Below the pieces are notes generated by a model. The model did not search any database. It was not told the DNA's origin and saw only the letters and a program-made list of their open reading frames with translations. DNA of 62,382 nt, the filler included, from Jimgerdemannia flammicorona (lineage: Eukaryota), in NCBI GenBank assembly GCA_003990765.1. It is 3 parts of 3 records of this genome, joined end to end, with 100 filler letters (N's around TTAATTAATTAA, not from the genome) between each part and the next. Parts side by side here need not be neighbours in the genome. Positions count along the whole stretch, not along the records: positions 41,668 to 62,382 come from RBNJ01001602.1; 2 more parts are not named here. One strand, given 5' to 3'. A program made the translations under genes and the position numbers. How positions within the stretch are numbered: position 1 is the first letter of the stretch; each line of letters starts with the position of its first letter. Of this stretch, positions 47,401 through 62,280 are shown in pieces.

Positions 47401-50400
47401 GTCCTGGAGATCCTGTGAAAACACAAGCTTTATGCCAAGCTCAAGAAGTGTGAATTCTTCAAGAAACAAGTCAAATACCTTGGCCATATTATCTCTGCAC
47501 AAGAAATTCAAGTAGACTAACACAAGATAGAAGTAATTGAAGAATGGTCCATTTCATCAAACCTCACCAAACCCTGATCCTTCCTTGGCCTAGCGGGCTA
47601 TTACTGCTGCTTTGTCAGAAACTTCTCTGGCATTGCTGAGCCACTGACTAACCTCATGAGGAAGGCCCTGTACTCAGACCACTATGTACCCTTTACCTGG
47701 AACCTCTTCTGTCAACAAGCCTTTTAAGAACTCAAGAACCGCCTGACCCATACTCCAGTCCTGCATAATGCAGATCAAGGCCCAAAATTCATGGTCACTA
47801 CTGATGTATCAAATTTTGCCATTGGAGCAGTCCTATCATATGATGATGGCAAAGAACATTGCTCTATTGCTTTCAAGTCCCACAAGCTGGCCCCAGCAAA
47901 ACAAAATCTAGCTACTCATGAGAAGGAACTATTAGCAATAATATATGCACTACACCACTAGTGATGCTATCTAGAAGATGTTGAGTTTGATGTCATTACT
48001 GATCATCAATCTCTCAAGTACATTAATATCCAACCTACTCTGTTATATCTATAAGCCAAGTGGAGCCTCAGGCTTCAAACCTTCAATCTGATGATCATCT
48101 ACAAGTCTGGCAAGACACTTATAGTACCAGATGCCTTATTAAGATATCCAGACCTTACCACAATCATACAAGTTACCTTGGAATCAGAATTCCTAGACCA
48201 AATCAGGCAAGCTTATAAAAAAGATACAATTGCCACTAGAGTTTTCTTGAATAAACTCAAGAATATATATACTGTTGAGAACAATCTAATCTATCATCAA
48301 TATCAAGTCTACCTACCTGAAAACATAAACCTATGCTATAAGGTTTTGCAAGAACCCCATGACTCCCCTCTTGCTGATCACCTGAGAATCAAGAAGACTG
48401 TCAAGAACATCCAATGCTACTACTATTGGTCAAAAATGGTCAAGGAAATCAAGAACTATATTACCAGCTATAATCTATATTAGCACAATAAGTCTAACAA
48501 CCAAGTGTCTGCTGGTTTGCTACAACTACTACCAATTCCTACCAAAAAGTTCAAGTAAGTCACCATGGACTTTATAACTCAACTACTATGAACTCAATCT
48601 GGTGCTGATTCTATCATCATATTTGTTGACTGCCTGACCAAGACTATGGTTACTGAACTAACTACTACCAATGCTACCATATCTGAAATTGCAAGAATCT
48701 TCTTCAAGTCCATCTTCTATCACTATGGTCTACCCTGAGTAATTGTTAGCAATTATAACCCCAAGTTCACCAGTCACTTCTGAGAAACCCTCTTGAAGAC
48801 TTTGGGAACCCAATTGGCTATATCTACTGCTTTTCATTCACAAACTGATGGACAAACTGAGCACATGAACAGAACTCTAGAACAAATGCTTAGAAACTAT
48901 ATTTCTTATAAGTAAGATGATTGGGACATCTATCTGACTTATTTGGAGTTTGCATATAATAATGCTGTCCAATCATCTACTGGTCTTTCCCCTTTCCAGT
49001 TACTCCATGGTCAAGATCCTGAGACCCCTGCAAGTCTATTCTCTTTTAAGAAAACCAGTCAAATTTAAGTCTCAACTGCCAAGAACCTTACAGACAAAAT
49101 GGACAAACTACTTAAGATTGTTATCATAAATCTTCAAAAGACTCAATAGTATCAAGCCAAGTATGCTGACAAGAAATGCTGTAATGTCACTTACACTGTT
49201 GGAGATTAAGTCCTATTATCTACCAAGAACCTCAAGATACAATATCAAGTTAACCACCCTTTGAACAAGTTCCAACCCAAGTATATTGAACCTTTTAAGA
49301 TCACTGAACAAATCTCTGCATCCTCCTACTGTCTCAAGCTACCTGAAACTATGAGAGTACATCCAGTCTGTTATGTGTCACACCTCAAGACCTAGAACCA
49401 GTCACCACCCTACCCTGGTCAAATTCCTAAGCCTTTCATCCCTGTGATTATTGAAGACTATATTGAGTATAAAGCTGAGAAAATTCTTGACAAATGAATC
49501 TACTACTGCCATCTGGAATACTTAGTCAAGTGAATGAATTGTCCTGAATATGATGCTATCTGGGAACTACTGGTCAACCTCAAGAACTCTTAAGATCTAG
49601 TTTAAGACTTCAAGACAAAACACATTGCTCAATTCCTATAGTGACTTTCTTAGATTATTGATGACCTATGGCAATGACCAGTACCTTATGCATTAGAAGT
49701 TTACTTTGGAATCTCAGAACCAGCAGAATATTTAATGAACAAGAAGTTCACCAAAATGAAGCTACTAGCTGGGTTCGAACTCCTTCCAATTGGTTAGTCT
49801 GATAATAGGTCCTCTGCTCTATATGAGGATGGCTAATCTCCACCAATGTACTGATTCAAGTTTGAGAAATTTTGGTTAAGTATATCTAGTCTTGTGTTAC
49901 CTAAGAACTCAATGAAGATGTTGGTTCTTAAGGAGAGAGGGATGTAACAATTTCACAGTCATATTTAGTCTTAGTATATTTTCATGTCTTTTAGTTAGTC
50001 TTTTCTTATTATTTCTTAAACATTCTACTATGTTCTGTTACCTTCTACTTGCTTAGAAACCTTCTCTTAGTACCCAGACACTATCAGAACATTCTTGTCT
50101 TTTCTTGGTACCAAGCATCTTGTCATAGCTAGTTGGAACCTTTTGGAACATGTAGAATAGTATTAGTCAGCTTTGCTGAGAACCTATTTCTTAGCATTTC
50201 TCTTTCTTTCCAAGATCCTTCTGGATCTTTCTTTCTGATTATATATAAATATTCTTGTTCTCTGTCTGAATAAAGCTCAGAATATTTTCTCCCAGAAATC
50301 CTTCAAGAACACTTAAACCTTTAAGTATCTCTTTGAGCCACTTTAGGCTAACTAGAATTTCCAGATTTAGCTGCTTTCTCTTAAAGAAATTGAACCATTA

Positions 50401-50402
50401 CA
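44487..50402 (+). mobile_element. Full-length decayed Ty3/Gypsy chromovirus with dUTPase (copy 2)
   Basis: LTRs 44487-44950 and 49943-50402, TSD GCTAC/GTTAC. Collinear with copy 1. dUTPase QSGLSVKHHLDVSTGIIDLDFGEQVQVLLIN (46138-46326); chromodomain ~49460-49610; 190-bp deletion in RT. Confidence 0.95.
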
Positions 50403-51910
50403 GTTACTATCTTACCTTCAGACTCCAAGACCAGATACTAGTCCAGTTCTATTCCATATCAATCTCAGCCAACTATCAGCTAACTAGTTACAGATTCTGA
50501 CCAGCTCTTCTTTAGTATTCTACCCTAGTATCAATATCAAAGTCTATTAGTAGAGATCCACTCAAAAGCAGATAGTCTCACCTCTATATTACAGGGCCCC
50601 AAAATATCTCTCTCTCATCACTCTATTAGTATAAACTAATATAATGTACTCCCTCCACTACTCTCTATCAGAAGTCTCTATACTTAAGCATCAACTGCCC
50701 TCCAGACCAACTATCGATAGTAAATCTCCTGAAGAGCCTCTTAGAGAGAACAGTATCTCTCAGACCATCTTTATCAAGGCACCCACTCACCACCTCACAG
50801 CTTCACTGCTCACTTCAACTACTAAGCTCTTAAATAGTACAATAGTCTAGGAAAATTCACCAGATCAAGACCTCTCCTTTCTACTAATATTGTCTAGATC
50901 TTCTAATCAATTTAGTACTATCTCCTAGCCCAGATCTAATTCTTAGTCATCTTCAATAGTCACTTTACTATCTAGGCTAAAAAGTTTAAGTAATATACCA
51001 GATACTATAACTTGGGTATTTAATAAATATTAAGGATTGATATCTAGCCTATCAGAGAGATATAATATCTCTCCTAGCTCTGAAGAGCCTTACTAAGCAC
51101 CAACTCTCTACTCCAACCACATCTTGAGCAAGACAGAGCTATAAACTGATAGGAAGTTATACTGTGAAATAATTATTCTGATGATATTTCCACTTACTAG
51201 ACTATCTCTCAATATTATAGTCTCACACTTATATCAGTTGAGCTTAGTCCCAGAGTATCTCTTATATTATTTGACTGTCTTCTTTAAGGTATCAATATCT
51301 ACTACTGATTCAAGACCAACTACTATATCATCTGCAAAGGCTCTCACCTTTCAGATAATCTCAAAGATAGAGAGTCTAGCTATTCTATAGCAAATCCTAC
51401 CTATCAATAGTTTCAATAATGGAGTATACAAAATAGAGAAGAATGAATCCCCCAGTAGAATACCTTGCCCCAATGAGAAAGTAGGACTATAATAATTTGA
51501 TTATAGAGATCTGAAATTAGTAGAGAATACTAATTCTATCTAGCACATATCTCAGCCAGACTCAACAAACATGATCATAGGCCTTCTCCTGATCCAGAAA
51601 GACCAACTGCTCTTTCAGTCTACCAGCTCTTACTCTCTCAATAACTTCATATACTCAAGCTATGCTATCTCAAATCAATCTACTTCTACTAAAGCCCCAC
51701 TACTCTTCACTCAATATCTATTGAGCCACCTTCTGCAGTCTAGCTACAATCATCTTTATAACTAACTTTCTGTCTATATCCAGAAGAATGATTGGCCTCC
51801 AATTTCTCCAGTCCTCTCTCCTATCTATATCCTTATATTGAAGTATCACTAGACCAATATCCTGCCCCCCCACCCACTCTCTAGTAGGGAGAATAAGGTT
51901 AAAAAATTCT

Positions 51911-54900
51911 TGTTGTGGAATACTTGGAATGGAGGGAGCGAGAGAGAGTTTATTGATCCCAGCTTATGCACTTTTATGTGTTCTAGATTGATGACATATC
52001 CAAAGATTGACTGCACCACCACATATCGAGATATAACCCAAATTCTAGGAATTTCAACACTCCCGCTCAATGAGATATGTAAAGAAAAACTAAGTCATAA
52101 CTATTGCAGATCCTACCACAATGTTCAGATTGCTATCTAGAAACCGAAAAATGCTTGATTTCCCTGCTTAAAAGCTCGAAAATAGGTTGAAAAAGTAATA
52201 CAATGAACATACATAGATAAGGAATGTTGGTAGAAATTACCAATGCAGGAATCAATGTTAAAGAAGCTTGCTGTCACTCTATTATCCTATCTCATCCTGA
52301 ATTGTCCTTAATTACTAGTGTAGAGTCCCATAATACCCATTCCTTGTATGCATAAGTCAAACTTTGCCTTTGGAAGGGCTTTAGTTAATAAATCCACAGT
52401 CATATATTCTGTTGGGGTGTATTCAAGGTGTATAGTGCTGTTTTCCATGCATTTACGTATGAAATGATGCTGTATGTCAATGTGTTTCATTATGGCATAA
52501 TGTATAGGGTTCTTCGCCAAAGCTATCATAGACTGATTGTCTTGTTGGAGTAGTGTAGGGTTTCGTTCCTGAGAGAATCCCAACTCTTTTAACAGTTCCC
52601 AAAGCCATATAGCTTCCTTTGTTGCTGTTGACAATGCTTGATATTCCACTTATGTAGAGGATGTCACCACCAATGATTGCTTATGTGTTTGCCATGAAAT
52701 AGCTCCTTTTCCGTTTAGTTTAAAGATATATCCTGTCATAGACTATCTGTCATCCAAAACGCTGGCCCAATCAGTGTCACATGCACCGGAGAGATTTATG
52801 GTACTCCCGCTTACTCCTTTGCCATCATTGCCTAAGCTGAGCATATAATGTACTATATCTTTGATATACTGAAGAATGCACTTAACTGCTGTCCAATGTG
52901 AATTATCATAGCATGACAAGTATTGCGCCACTTTGTTGACTGCAAATGATATGTCAGGTCTCGTCCCGAGCATAAGATACATGAGAGATCCCACAGCTTG
53001 TCGATAGGGAATGTTGTTATTTTCAAGTGTAGTTCCAGACTTCTTTAACCTCACAGACGTCTCTATCGGTGTTCCAACTGGCTTGCACTCGCTCATACCG
53101 AATTGCTCGAGTATTGTCTGAATGTAGGCTTCTTGGCTTAGGTGTATAGTATACGCGCTCCTGTCATGTACGATAGATATCCCCAAAAGGAAAGACATGT
53201 CACCCATATCTGTCATCTTGAACTTCTTGCATAATGCCGCCTTTACTTCATTGATCTCACTTGTCATCCTGACCAGAATGATATTGTCAACCCAAATTCC
53301 CAGGTACACCGTTCCTGAGGATGTATGATGAGTATATACATGGGTCTGCTTCGCATCATTTGAACCCATTCTCTTCTATGAGATAATTGTCGATCTTTTG
53401 ATTCCACAGTCTCGCTGCCTATTTTATACCATAGAGGCCTTTGTATAGTCTGCATACTAACTCCTTCTTGTTGTCATAGAGTTCATATCCTTGTAGTTGA
53501 AGAATGTATAGTTCAGTATCCATGTCTCCATTTAGAAAGGCTGTCTTAATGTCCATTTGATGTATCTTATAGTCATACTTGGCTCCAATTGCAAGAAGTA
53601 TTCTAAGTGAAGTAAGCTTAAATACCGGGAAAAATGTTTCATCATAGTCGACTCCAAAGTCTTGTGAATACCCCTTTGCCATGAATTGGGCCTTGTATCA
53701 TTCTATGCTGTCATTGCTATTGCGCTTAATTTTATACACCCATTGGGATCCTATGGCTTATCGATTTGCCAGAAGAGGGACCAAGTTCCATGTGTCATTC
53801 TTGATGAGTGAGTTATACTCCTCCTCCATAGCCTTTTTCCACTCCTTTTTATCGTTCGAATGAATGACTTTATTGTAGTGTGCTGGCTCACCAGTTGTTG
53901 CTATGTAAGCGCATTCACAGGCTTAGTTCATGTAATGTTGTTTGCGATGAGATGACTTGGGTGGGTTCCAGTAATTTCCCAGATCTGCTTGGACTTTGTT
54001 ATCCATCCCAAATTTGCACTTCTTCTTACCCTTTGGAGAGATATCTTCCTCTTCATTATCCGAAATCTCTGTAATTCTCAGATCAGGAGGTCCCATAGGT
54101 ACTTGTGTCATTGATCTCATTGGCATAGGTTGTGCCATTGTTGTTGGAATCATTGGTGTAGTATTCGCACTCACTGTTGGCATAATTCCACTCACCATTG
54201 AATTGGTTATAGGTATAGGAATTTCCATGCAACCTTTCTTTGCTTTCTCTTTGAACTGAACATTGCGAGAGATAATTATACCGTGCTTTTGCATATTCTA
54301 CAGTCTATATACTGATCTGTCATATCCAAGGAATATATGCTTATCTGCCTTAGGCTCGAATTTTCCTCTATTTCCACTTTTATCCAATATATAAGCCTCG
54401 CTTCTGAATGTCTGTAAGTGTGAGACATTGGGCTTGGATCTGCTCCACAGTTCTTCAGGTGTAAGGTTATCATTCTTAGACTGTATGTTACTCTCTTTGC
54501 ATAAGGCTCGAGAAATGCATTGATTATGTATATACACCACTGTGTTCAATACTTCGGCCCAGAAGGATTGTGGCAGGCCAGCTGCATTCATCATTGTTCA
54601 GGCCATCTTGATGATTGTTTGATTGAACTGTTCTGCTACACCATTTTGTTGCAGTATATAGGGAGCCATTCTAATATATCATATTCCATGCTCTTTTAAA
54701 AAATGTTTAAAAGACTTATTTATGTATTCTGTCCCATTACCTGAGCATAGCATCCCTATCTGACATTTCATATCATTCTCCATACTCGCCTTGAATTCTT
54801 TGAATTTCTCGAATGCTTCGCTCTTTGCAGAGAGGAAGTATACGTGGGCCTTATGAGTATAGTCATCTATGAAAGTAATGAAGTACTTCTTCCCAGAGTA

Positions 54901-56903
54901 TGTTGCCATTCACATGGGGCCACAGATATCTGTATGTATCAGGTCAAGAATGCTGGCCACTCGCTCCATTCGTTCCTAAAAAGGTCGCCAGAAAGCCTTA
55001 TTTCCCACACATCTGTCACAAAAACTGAAATCTGGTGGCATATAGTCCGGTAAACCGTATATGGACTTGCTCCTTATCATCCATTCCAGGCTTGTCTTGC
55101 CGATATGTCCTAAGCAGTTGTGCCATATATACCAGAGATCCTCTCCAGTCATAGTTGTAGAATATGCGAATGATGCGCCACTCAGTGTACTGTCAATTGA
55201 GTATAAGTTCCCCTTCTTCGATGCATATATTAACTCCTTATTGTTCTTTAGATTGATTACTGTTACACTATTCGGGTGTATATTTACTCCTTTATCACCT
55301 CGAGCCATCATCCGGCCTATCGAGAAGAGATTTTTGCCTATATCTGGGGCATATAGTATGTCTGTAAAGGTGCCTAAGGGTTCATCAACATTCCTATGTA
55401 GATGTCTGCCAACGTTGCCTTTGCCTTGAGTGTAGATGACATTATTATCGCCTAACTTGATGGGTACGGGATGCTCGAATTGTTCATATGTGGAAAACCA
55501 CTCATGATGTGCCATCATATGCTGGGTTGCACCTGAATCCATGAGCCAGACTTCTTTACTGCATGTATAAGTACTGCTTGGTACATAACCCATATTGGCA
55601 CTTATGTCACCACTTTTCACTGTCAGAAAAGTGTTTTGTCAACCAGGATTTGTAGATGTCAAACTGGTGGAATTGCATCTACAACTGGCATTGGTGGAAC
55701 TGGCGGTTGGTTCCTATTTCAATGGTTTCTGCATATGGATAGGTCACCACTTCTGCGAAGAATAGACCTCTGCCACCACTGTTTTCATTGTTGGCATCCA
55801 CAATGTTTGCCTGCCATTGTTCTTGCTGTTGGCCACCCTTTTCCTTCTTCTTGTGGTTGCAGTCCTGCTCACGATGTCTATGCTTATTATAGTAAAAGCA
55901 TTTACTGTCAAATTTCTCGCGTTGCTGGCCTTGATCTTGTTTTGGCTTGCCTTTGCCTCATCCACATGCTCTGCCATAGAATGCTTTCTCGTCGTATTCC
56001 TCGTTGGCATTGTTGCTGCCTAGCCTTGTTTCCTCATTTAAAAGGCTTGTGATGACATGCTTATAATCTGATAATCTGCCGGATTCCCTCATAGCAGCAC
56101 AACCATGTTGTACACTTCAGGAAGGCCTCATATAAGAGCCAGGACCTTGTCTTCATCCTTGATGGTGTCTGCCAGCATAGATGTAAGAGAATTCACTTGA
56201 TTCGCCAGCTCATCAACTCGATTGGCATAGTCCCAGATGCTCTCCTTGGACTCAATTCAAAGATTGAATAGTTGCGCCTTTAAGTGGAATCTGTTTGACG
56301 TGGATGCCTATTGATGGTGATTGCGTAAAATCTCCCAGGTTTCATTCGCTATCGTAGCATTGATTACTAGCTTCATTTGCATATTTGAAAGGGTGAATAT
56401 AATCTCCCTTAGCACTTTGCAATCTTTCATAGCATCGTATGTCATTACTTGTGCCTGTGGCTTTCAGTAGTCCTCCAAACCACATTCTTCTAGGAGATTC
56501 TTCATATGGTATACCCATATGGCATAGTCCTTACTGTCAAAGACAGGAATCGTCCTCTTTACCGTTAACATTGGCACCACTGCTGGAATGTTCATCATCA
56601 TGGGAGCAAAATCCATTCCAGCTGTGTTTGTGTTTGTGTTACCAGAACTTAGTGGCATGCTGCTAGCACTGCTTGGACTAGTAGCCATTATATAGCATAG
56701 TGTAGCATATGTGTAAGAGGGGTGTATAGCTACTAAGCAGGGCTCATAACCTTTTGTTGTAGAATACTTGGAATGGAGAGAGTGAGAGAGAGTTTATTGA
56801 TCCCAGCTTATGCACTTTTACACGTTCTAGATTGATGACATATCCAAAGATTGACTGCGCCACCACATATCGAGATGTAACCCAAATTCTAGGAATTTCA
56901 ACA
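51911..56903 (-). mobile_element. Full-length Ty1/Copia retrotransposon, relatively young but with stops
   Basis: 149-bp LTRs 51911-52059 and 56755-56903, TSD ATTCT, PBS GGTTATGAGCCC, PPT GAGCGGGAG. Gag from 56688; protease WLMDSGATQHM; WHNCLGH; integrase YFITFIDDYT; RT HQMDIKTAFLNG and IWVDNI; RNase H EYQALSTATKEAIWL..DNQS. Confidence 0.96.
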
Positions 56904-59900
56904 ATTCTGCCATCTCCTCTAGCACTCTAGAAACTCCTGTCATCTTCTCTTAAAAGTCCTACAGCAGACTATCTTCACCTAGAGATATGTCTAACTTAAT
57001 CATCTCTAAGACTCTCATGATCTCCTCCTACTAGACTGATAGAGTCAGATTGCTAAGACAATCTACCTCCAGAGGATACTAATCCTCCAGAGTATATCTA
57101 ATAGTCACTCTCTTTTTCCTCACTCTACAGACCACTCCACCTTCTTCAGAGAGCCCAAGATCTGCTGAGTGCTATATACTAAGACTCTCTCCTCATCCAG
57201 TATCCCCTCTCATCACTGCCTCACTCTCTAGGCCTGAAGGAGCCTTGATAAATACTTAGCTGATCTCTCACTCTCTTCAAGCCCCTACTATCTCAACTGA
57301 GCAGCTATCTCCTATATCTGTGGTATATATCTTCTCTCTCAAGACTCTCTCTAGTTCTACCATCTCTAACTAGGCTCTCTCTAGCCACTAGTTATCAATA
57401 GCTCCTAGATCTAATCAACTGGTTCATTCCAGATATAATCTCTCGAACTGTCTAGGAGCCCACTGCACTCTTTGCCACAATTGAACTCCATGAGCTCTTC
57501 TAATCTTACTCCAATATATCCTAGTAGTCTTCTTCAATATCTCTCAGTAAACCTCCAAAGAGAATCTCTCTCAGTTCCAGACTACTATCTGTGACTCAAT
57601 ATCAGTTATCCATACCTCCTACAATTTCTTCTCTACTAACAGAGAAGAATTAAGTCATCAATATCCAGGCCCCTCCCTATTCTCCTCAAATCTTCCTCTC
57701 TCCTGCAGTTCCCAATAATATGACTACAGGCACTATTTCACCTTAAGCTCTATCCAAATATCTAAACCCCAGTAATCTGCAGTTAACATCCAGTCAATCT
57801 GAGTCTCAAGTTCATTTACTCAGTAAGTATAGACCCTTCTGTTTCTCCAAATTGACCTATAAGTATCCACTAAAGAACTCAACTGCTTAATCTGCTTTCA
57901 GATATTCAGACTACTACTTTAGCCTCCAGAATACCTCCCTCTATCAGTTCTGTTTAGCTCTATATCATATACTATATTAAAGTCTCCACCAAGTACATCT
58001 ATCCCAGTCTCAACTAGGATGCCACACTTATAAAGTCTAGTTAACTACTCCACTCTGTCTCTTTGAACTGCTGGATAGTAATAAGGGTGAACTACTACTG
58101 GCTCTTAACCTGATCTCTACCACTCCCCTCAAACCAATCTCTCTCTCTAACTACCAACTTCATTAAGATCTCCTTTGTTCTGCTATATTAATGTTTCTAT
58201 CTTACTATAATAGATAATTACTCCACTCTATTCATTTGTCCAATTCTGTCCCTCTAGATCCTTCTTACAATATATATTCTGTAATAGAAAAAGTTCTGCT
58301 TTCAAATTTATCAACTAAGCAATGTCTCATAGAACTTCTTAAGCTATTAACATTTAGTGAGAAAATATTAGTTATATTATTCATGGAGATAATATTATAA
58401 GAGTGACTCAACTCATTACAGTTATATACTCATCTCCTCATGAGCTAAGTTCAGACTATATTCTACTACTGCAGCCATCTCTGCAGCTTCTCTGTTCTCC
58501 AAACTGATCAAAATTTCAGCAATTACCTCATTATTCTTCTCCTCTATCTCCTTCTTATATTTCTTATAAGCCTCTTATCAGTACTACAGCTCATACCATT
58601 GCTTAAACCAGAATATATCTCTCTTTTGTAATAGTTGCTAATTCAGTCTCTCAAACTACATCAACCTTATATCCCTCCTCTTCCAATAGAACCATCAGTA
58701 TCTCTGTCTTCAGCTTCTCTATCAGTCCATCTCTCCTCAGTACTTACTCCCAATGTTCCTTACTTATTACTTACAAGTTTACCTCCCTTAGCTTCTCAGC
58801 TGTCAGGCTATTCATTATCTTAATTATCTATATCAGATCTCTAATTTTCTTTCCCCCAGGGATAACTGACCTCTTTTCTCTCAATATTGAGATATCTATA
58901 CCAGAGCTAGCAAACTCATCCCACTCCTCTTTTGAAATATCCTATAGCTTCTCTTCTATAACACCAACTATCTATCTCCTCTTTACTATTAGATACCCCA
59001 AACCAAACCCTATAGGTACTCCTTATTTCAACATCTATCTTATACTCTCCACTCTGAGCATCAGTCCTTACCTCTAGTCTCTCCTCTTTCTTCCAGACTT
59101 CCAGTATCCCTTTATTATAATACCACTAATCCCTAGCTTCCTGATACTCTACTTCACTCCCCAGTATCTCTCTAGCACTATCCTCAGCCCAAATACTCAC
59201 TATTGTTCTACTAGAGACTATATGTACTAGTTATATATATAAGCCTATTCTTTAGACCCACCAATAGCTTCTTCTACTACTTTCTCTTCTGAGCCTTCTC
59301 CTACAAAGTCTTATCAATCTGCTATCTTTTTCTATTTACTATTTCTAAGTATATTAAATTCTTATAAGTCCTCTATACTATTGCCCTATACTCTACTGCT
59401 CTACTGAGCTTCTTTAAGGCCTCCAATATATTCTCCTCCTCTTCTATATACTTTTTACTCTCAATATCTTATAGCTGAATACTTTCTACATTAATATCAA
59501 GAGCCAGTTTCAAGCCCTCTCAGTAGCCTCACTCTCAGCAAGTCAAAGCTAAATATCTATACTATTAGTTCAGAATAATATCTCCTCTTAGATCTGAAAA
59601 CTCATATCTACTATATCACTATACTCAGTTATTACCTCCTCTACTCTTCTTCTAGTCTCTACTACTGTCATAGTGGAAACTCCTTTTACTAAGAGCTCAA
59701 TCACCTGGGGATTATATTACAAGTACTATACTATTTATTATCTCACTAAATATCAAACTAATTTTCAATATTACCTCCAGTTGTTCCTCTTTCTCAAAGC
59801 CCACCTTCACTCTCTTCAGCTCCCTCAAGAACTTCACAGAAGCTGCATCAGTCATCTGCTTCAAGATCAACCCTAGTACTATCTGTACTATCACTACTAA

Positions 59901-61049
59901 TCCCTGAAAGTAAAATATGATAGTGAATTCTAAGATTGACTTTTTGAGCAATAGTATTACCATAGGTCCATTATACTATCTGCTAGATTCTCATTTCTAA
60001 TTCAGTCTATCTGTCTAACTTTATCATTTTGTTATATCTAGATTTTTTTTCAGATTCTCAGTCATACTATTATCAGTAGTCCCACATCTATCCTCAGCTA
60101 CAATCCCTTTAGTCTCTATATTAGCCTTACTAGCCAATACTTTACCAACTCTCTCAGTACTCACTAATGCTCTCTCATCAGTTCTACTACTAGATATACC
60201 TCTAGGCCAATCTTCAGCCTTCATCTTCTCAGCAAATCTCATCTGTCTTAGTCCTTCACCCCTTTCTCCAGATAGCTACCTCTCACTCTATTCTTCTTAT
60301 TTACTTCTACTACTAAAGAACCCTATCTCTAAGCTATGCCCCTGTCTGATATATTGTTAGTCAAAGGCACTAGGTCTGTCTAACTCAGTAAGCTCATCAG
60401 ATTGTATCTTTATTACTATATCACTATTATCTTTTCTTCAAATCTATATTAAAAATATGTATTGCCAGAAGTTTGCATAATGTGAATATTACTAAAGAAA
60501 GACTGAAAGCTATAAGTTTTCTTTAGAAGTTTAATTCTTATATATCTCACTCTAAAAATATATAGATTAAATAATATTTTACTTTTGAGAGATTATAAAA
60601 AAAAAACTTAAATAGTAGAGCTTAGTGTAATAAAAGTAGTCTTGTTAAGTTTGGAGAGATATATAACTATCGTTTTAGTAGAGTTTAGAAAGATTAAAGT
60701 ATATAATTTTTTAAACTTCTCTATAATAACTAAATTTTTTTTATAATGAAATTGGTATCACTTATTAAATTTGTCATAATTGCTTAAAGGAGTAATCAGA
60801 ATTATATTGATAAAAGTGAGATTGACTAATATATTGAACATTTTAAGCAGATACTCAATTGAGTATTAGAATAAGTAAAGCTCTTTACAATAGTATTTCA
60901 AAGTTCAAGAGAATATATTTTTATCCAGTTGAGGGTAATTAAAAAATTATCTTTTAAAGAATATATTCACATTCACTATATGCATTTTCACATTTGTATA
61001 TATTGTATAAATAAATTATATGCCATAATTGTAGTTTTCTGGATTGAAA

Positions 61050-61750
61050 TATCAGGCACCGATTTTGCTGGATTTGTGCTCAATTGAACAGGTCGTCGGA
61101 CGTGAAATTCCCTAGTAATCTTTTCAGCAAGTGCCTCAAAATTGACGCGTTCCTAATGGAACGATAGTCTAGAATCGAGAAGGAGGTTCTTAAACGGTTC
61201 TACGCAAAGATGAGACCTCCAGAAATACATCTCGGGCGAGCCAAAGGGCTTATATACAGACTTACGTGGGAGCCCCATATAGTTGTATTATTTTTAGTAA
61301 GGAAATTTTATATAAATACTGGATTCTTAGGATTGAAATAAAGGGGAGTTGAAGTAGTCTGAAATTTGAAAGCAGGTACATTCACGGATATCCCAGGAAT
61401 CCCCTTACAACAGGTCGCTTTTCAGGTTCTGTGAGTCGCTTCCAGACGTATTTCATAATGAATTCCTTAGTAAACACATCCATATAGATGCAACTGCATC
61501 CCCCTGAACCCAGTTCAGCTGAAACCCCATAAACGAATTCCTTAGCAAAACGCGTCATCCTAGATCCAACAATTTCACTCAGCCGGCAGTGTGACCCGCC
61601 TGCCCTCCTCTCACTTACATCCTCCTCTCCCCGACATCCACACACAAGCTCCACAAGTCAAAACACATACGTCTCCCCCCATAAATTTCCTCTGAATACT
61701 TTTCCACTCACCCTCCTGACCCACAATAAAATGTACCAACATGATCCCGT
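61050..61750 (-). other. Possible spliced gene or pseudogene fragment of unknown function
   Basis: CpG-retaining island, ORF 61382-61654, and an intron-like GTAAGT...TAG at ~61265-61200. No recognisable domain. Confidence 0.25.
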
Positions 61751-62280
61751 ACTGGAAACGCGATATATGAAATTGCAAACGTCATTGTAATAGATAAGGA
61801 GCTAAGTGAGCTGGTTTGAGAACCTATGCCCGTGTGCACAGAGGTACATAATCATTATGGCCCATAGCTCGGAAAAAACACCCTCAACGCCCCATTCATA
61901 AGAACACGTCATTCTCATTGCAATCGTTACAAAATGCGAATGGGTCAATAGTCACACAGGAGGCGAAGCATGTTCAGGCATATCGTTTTTCTGTAGCAAT
62001 AAGTGTGGTGCCACGCCTGGGATTGAATCAACCTTTGCGCTCCCAAATTGAGGGAAGATAAACATGCCATTTTGATACAGCATTGCAGTTTATAATTATT
62101 ATTATTTTTATTCAAATATATTATACCAACGTTTTTTAACCTCGTCCGCCCTGTATATACATTAATGGTCCGCTCCCCAATATATTAATGTGAGCTGACT
62201 TTATGAAACCAACAAATGTCATTACGCACCCAATACCTACTTAAACATGCTCAACAATTATCATAATATGCACATCTAAT

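Larger units (their letters stand above)
43935..60430 (-). mobile_element. Old LINE split by Gypsy copy 2 and the Copia (pieces ~43935-44486, 50403-51910, 56904-60430)
   Basis: ORF1 ILLLKKSILEFTIIFYFQGL (59712-59963); endonuclease NITNIFSLNVN (~58370) and GGDFNI (~57985); RT GDSFFS and AFADDIVVG (~51320-51460). The first piece is assigned with less certainty. Confidence 0.8.
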
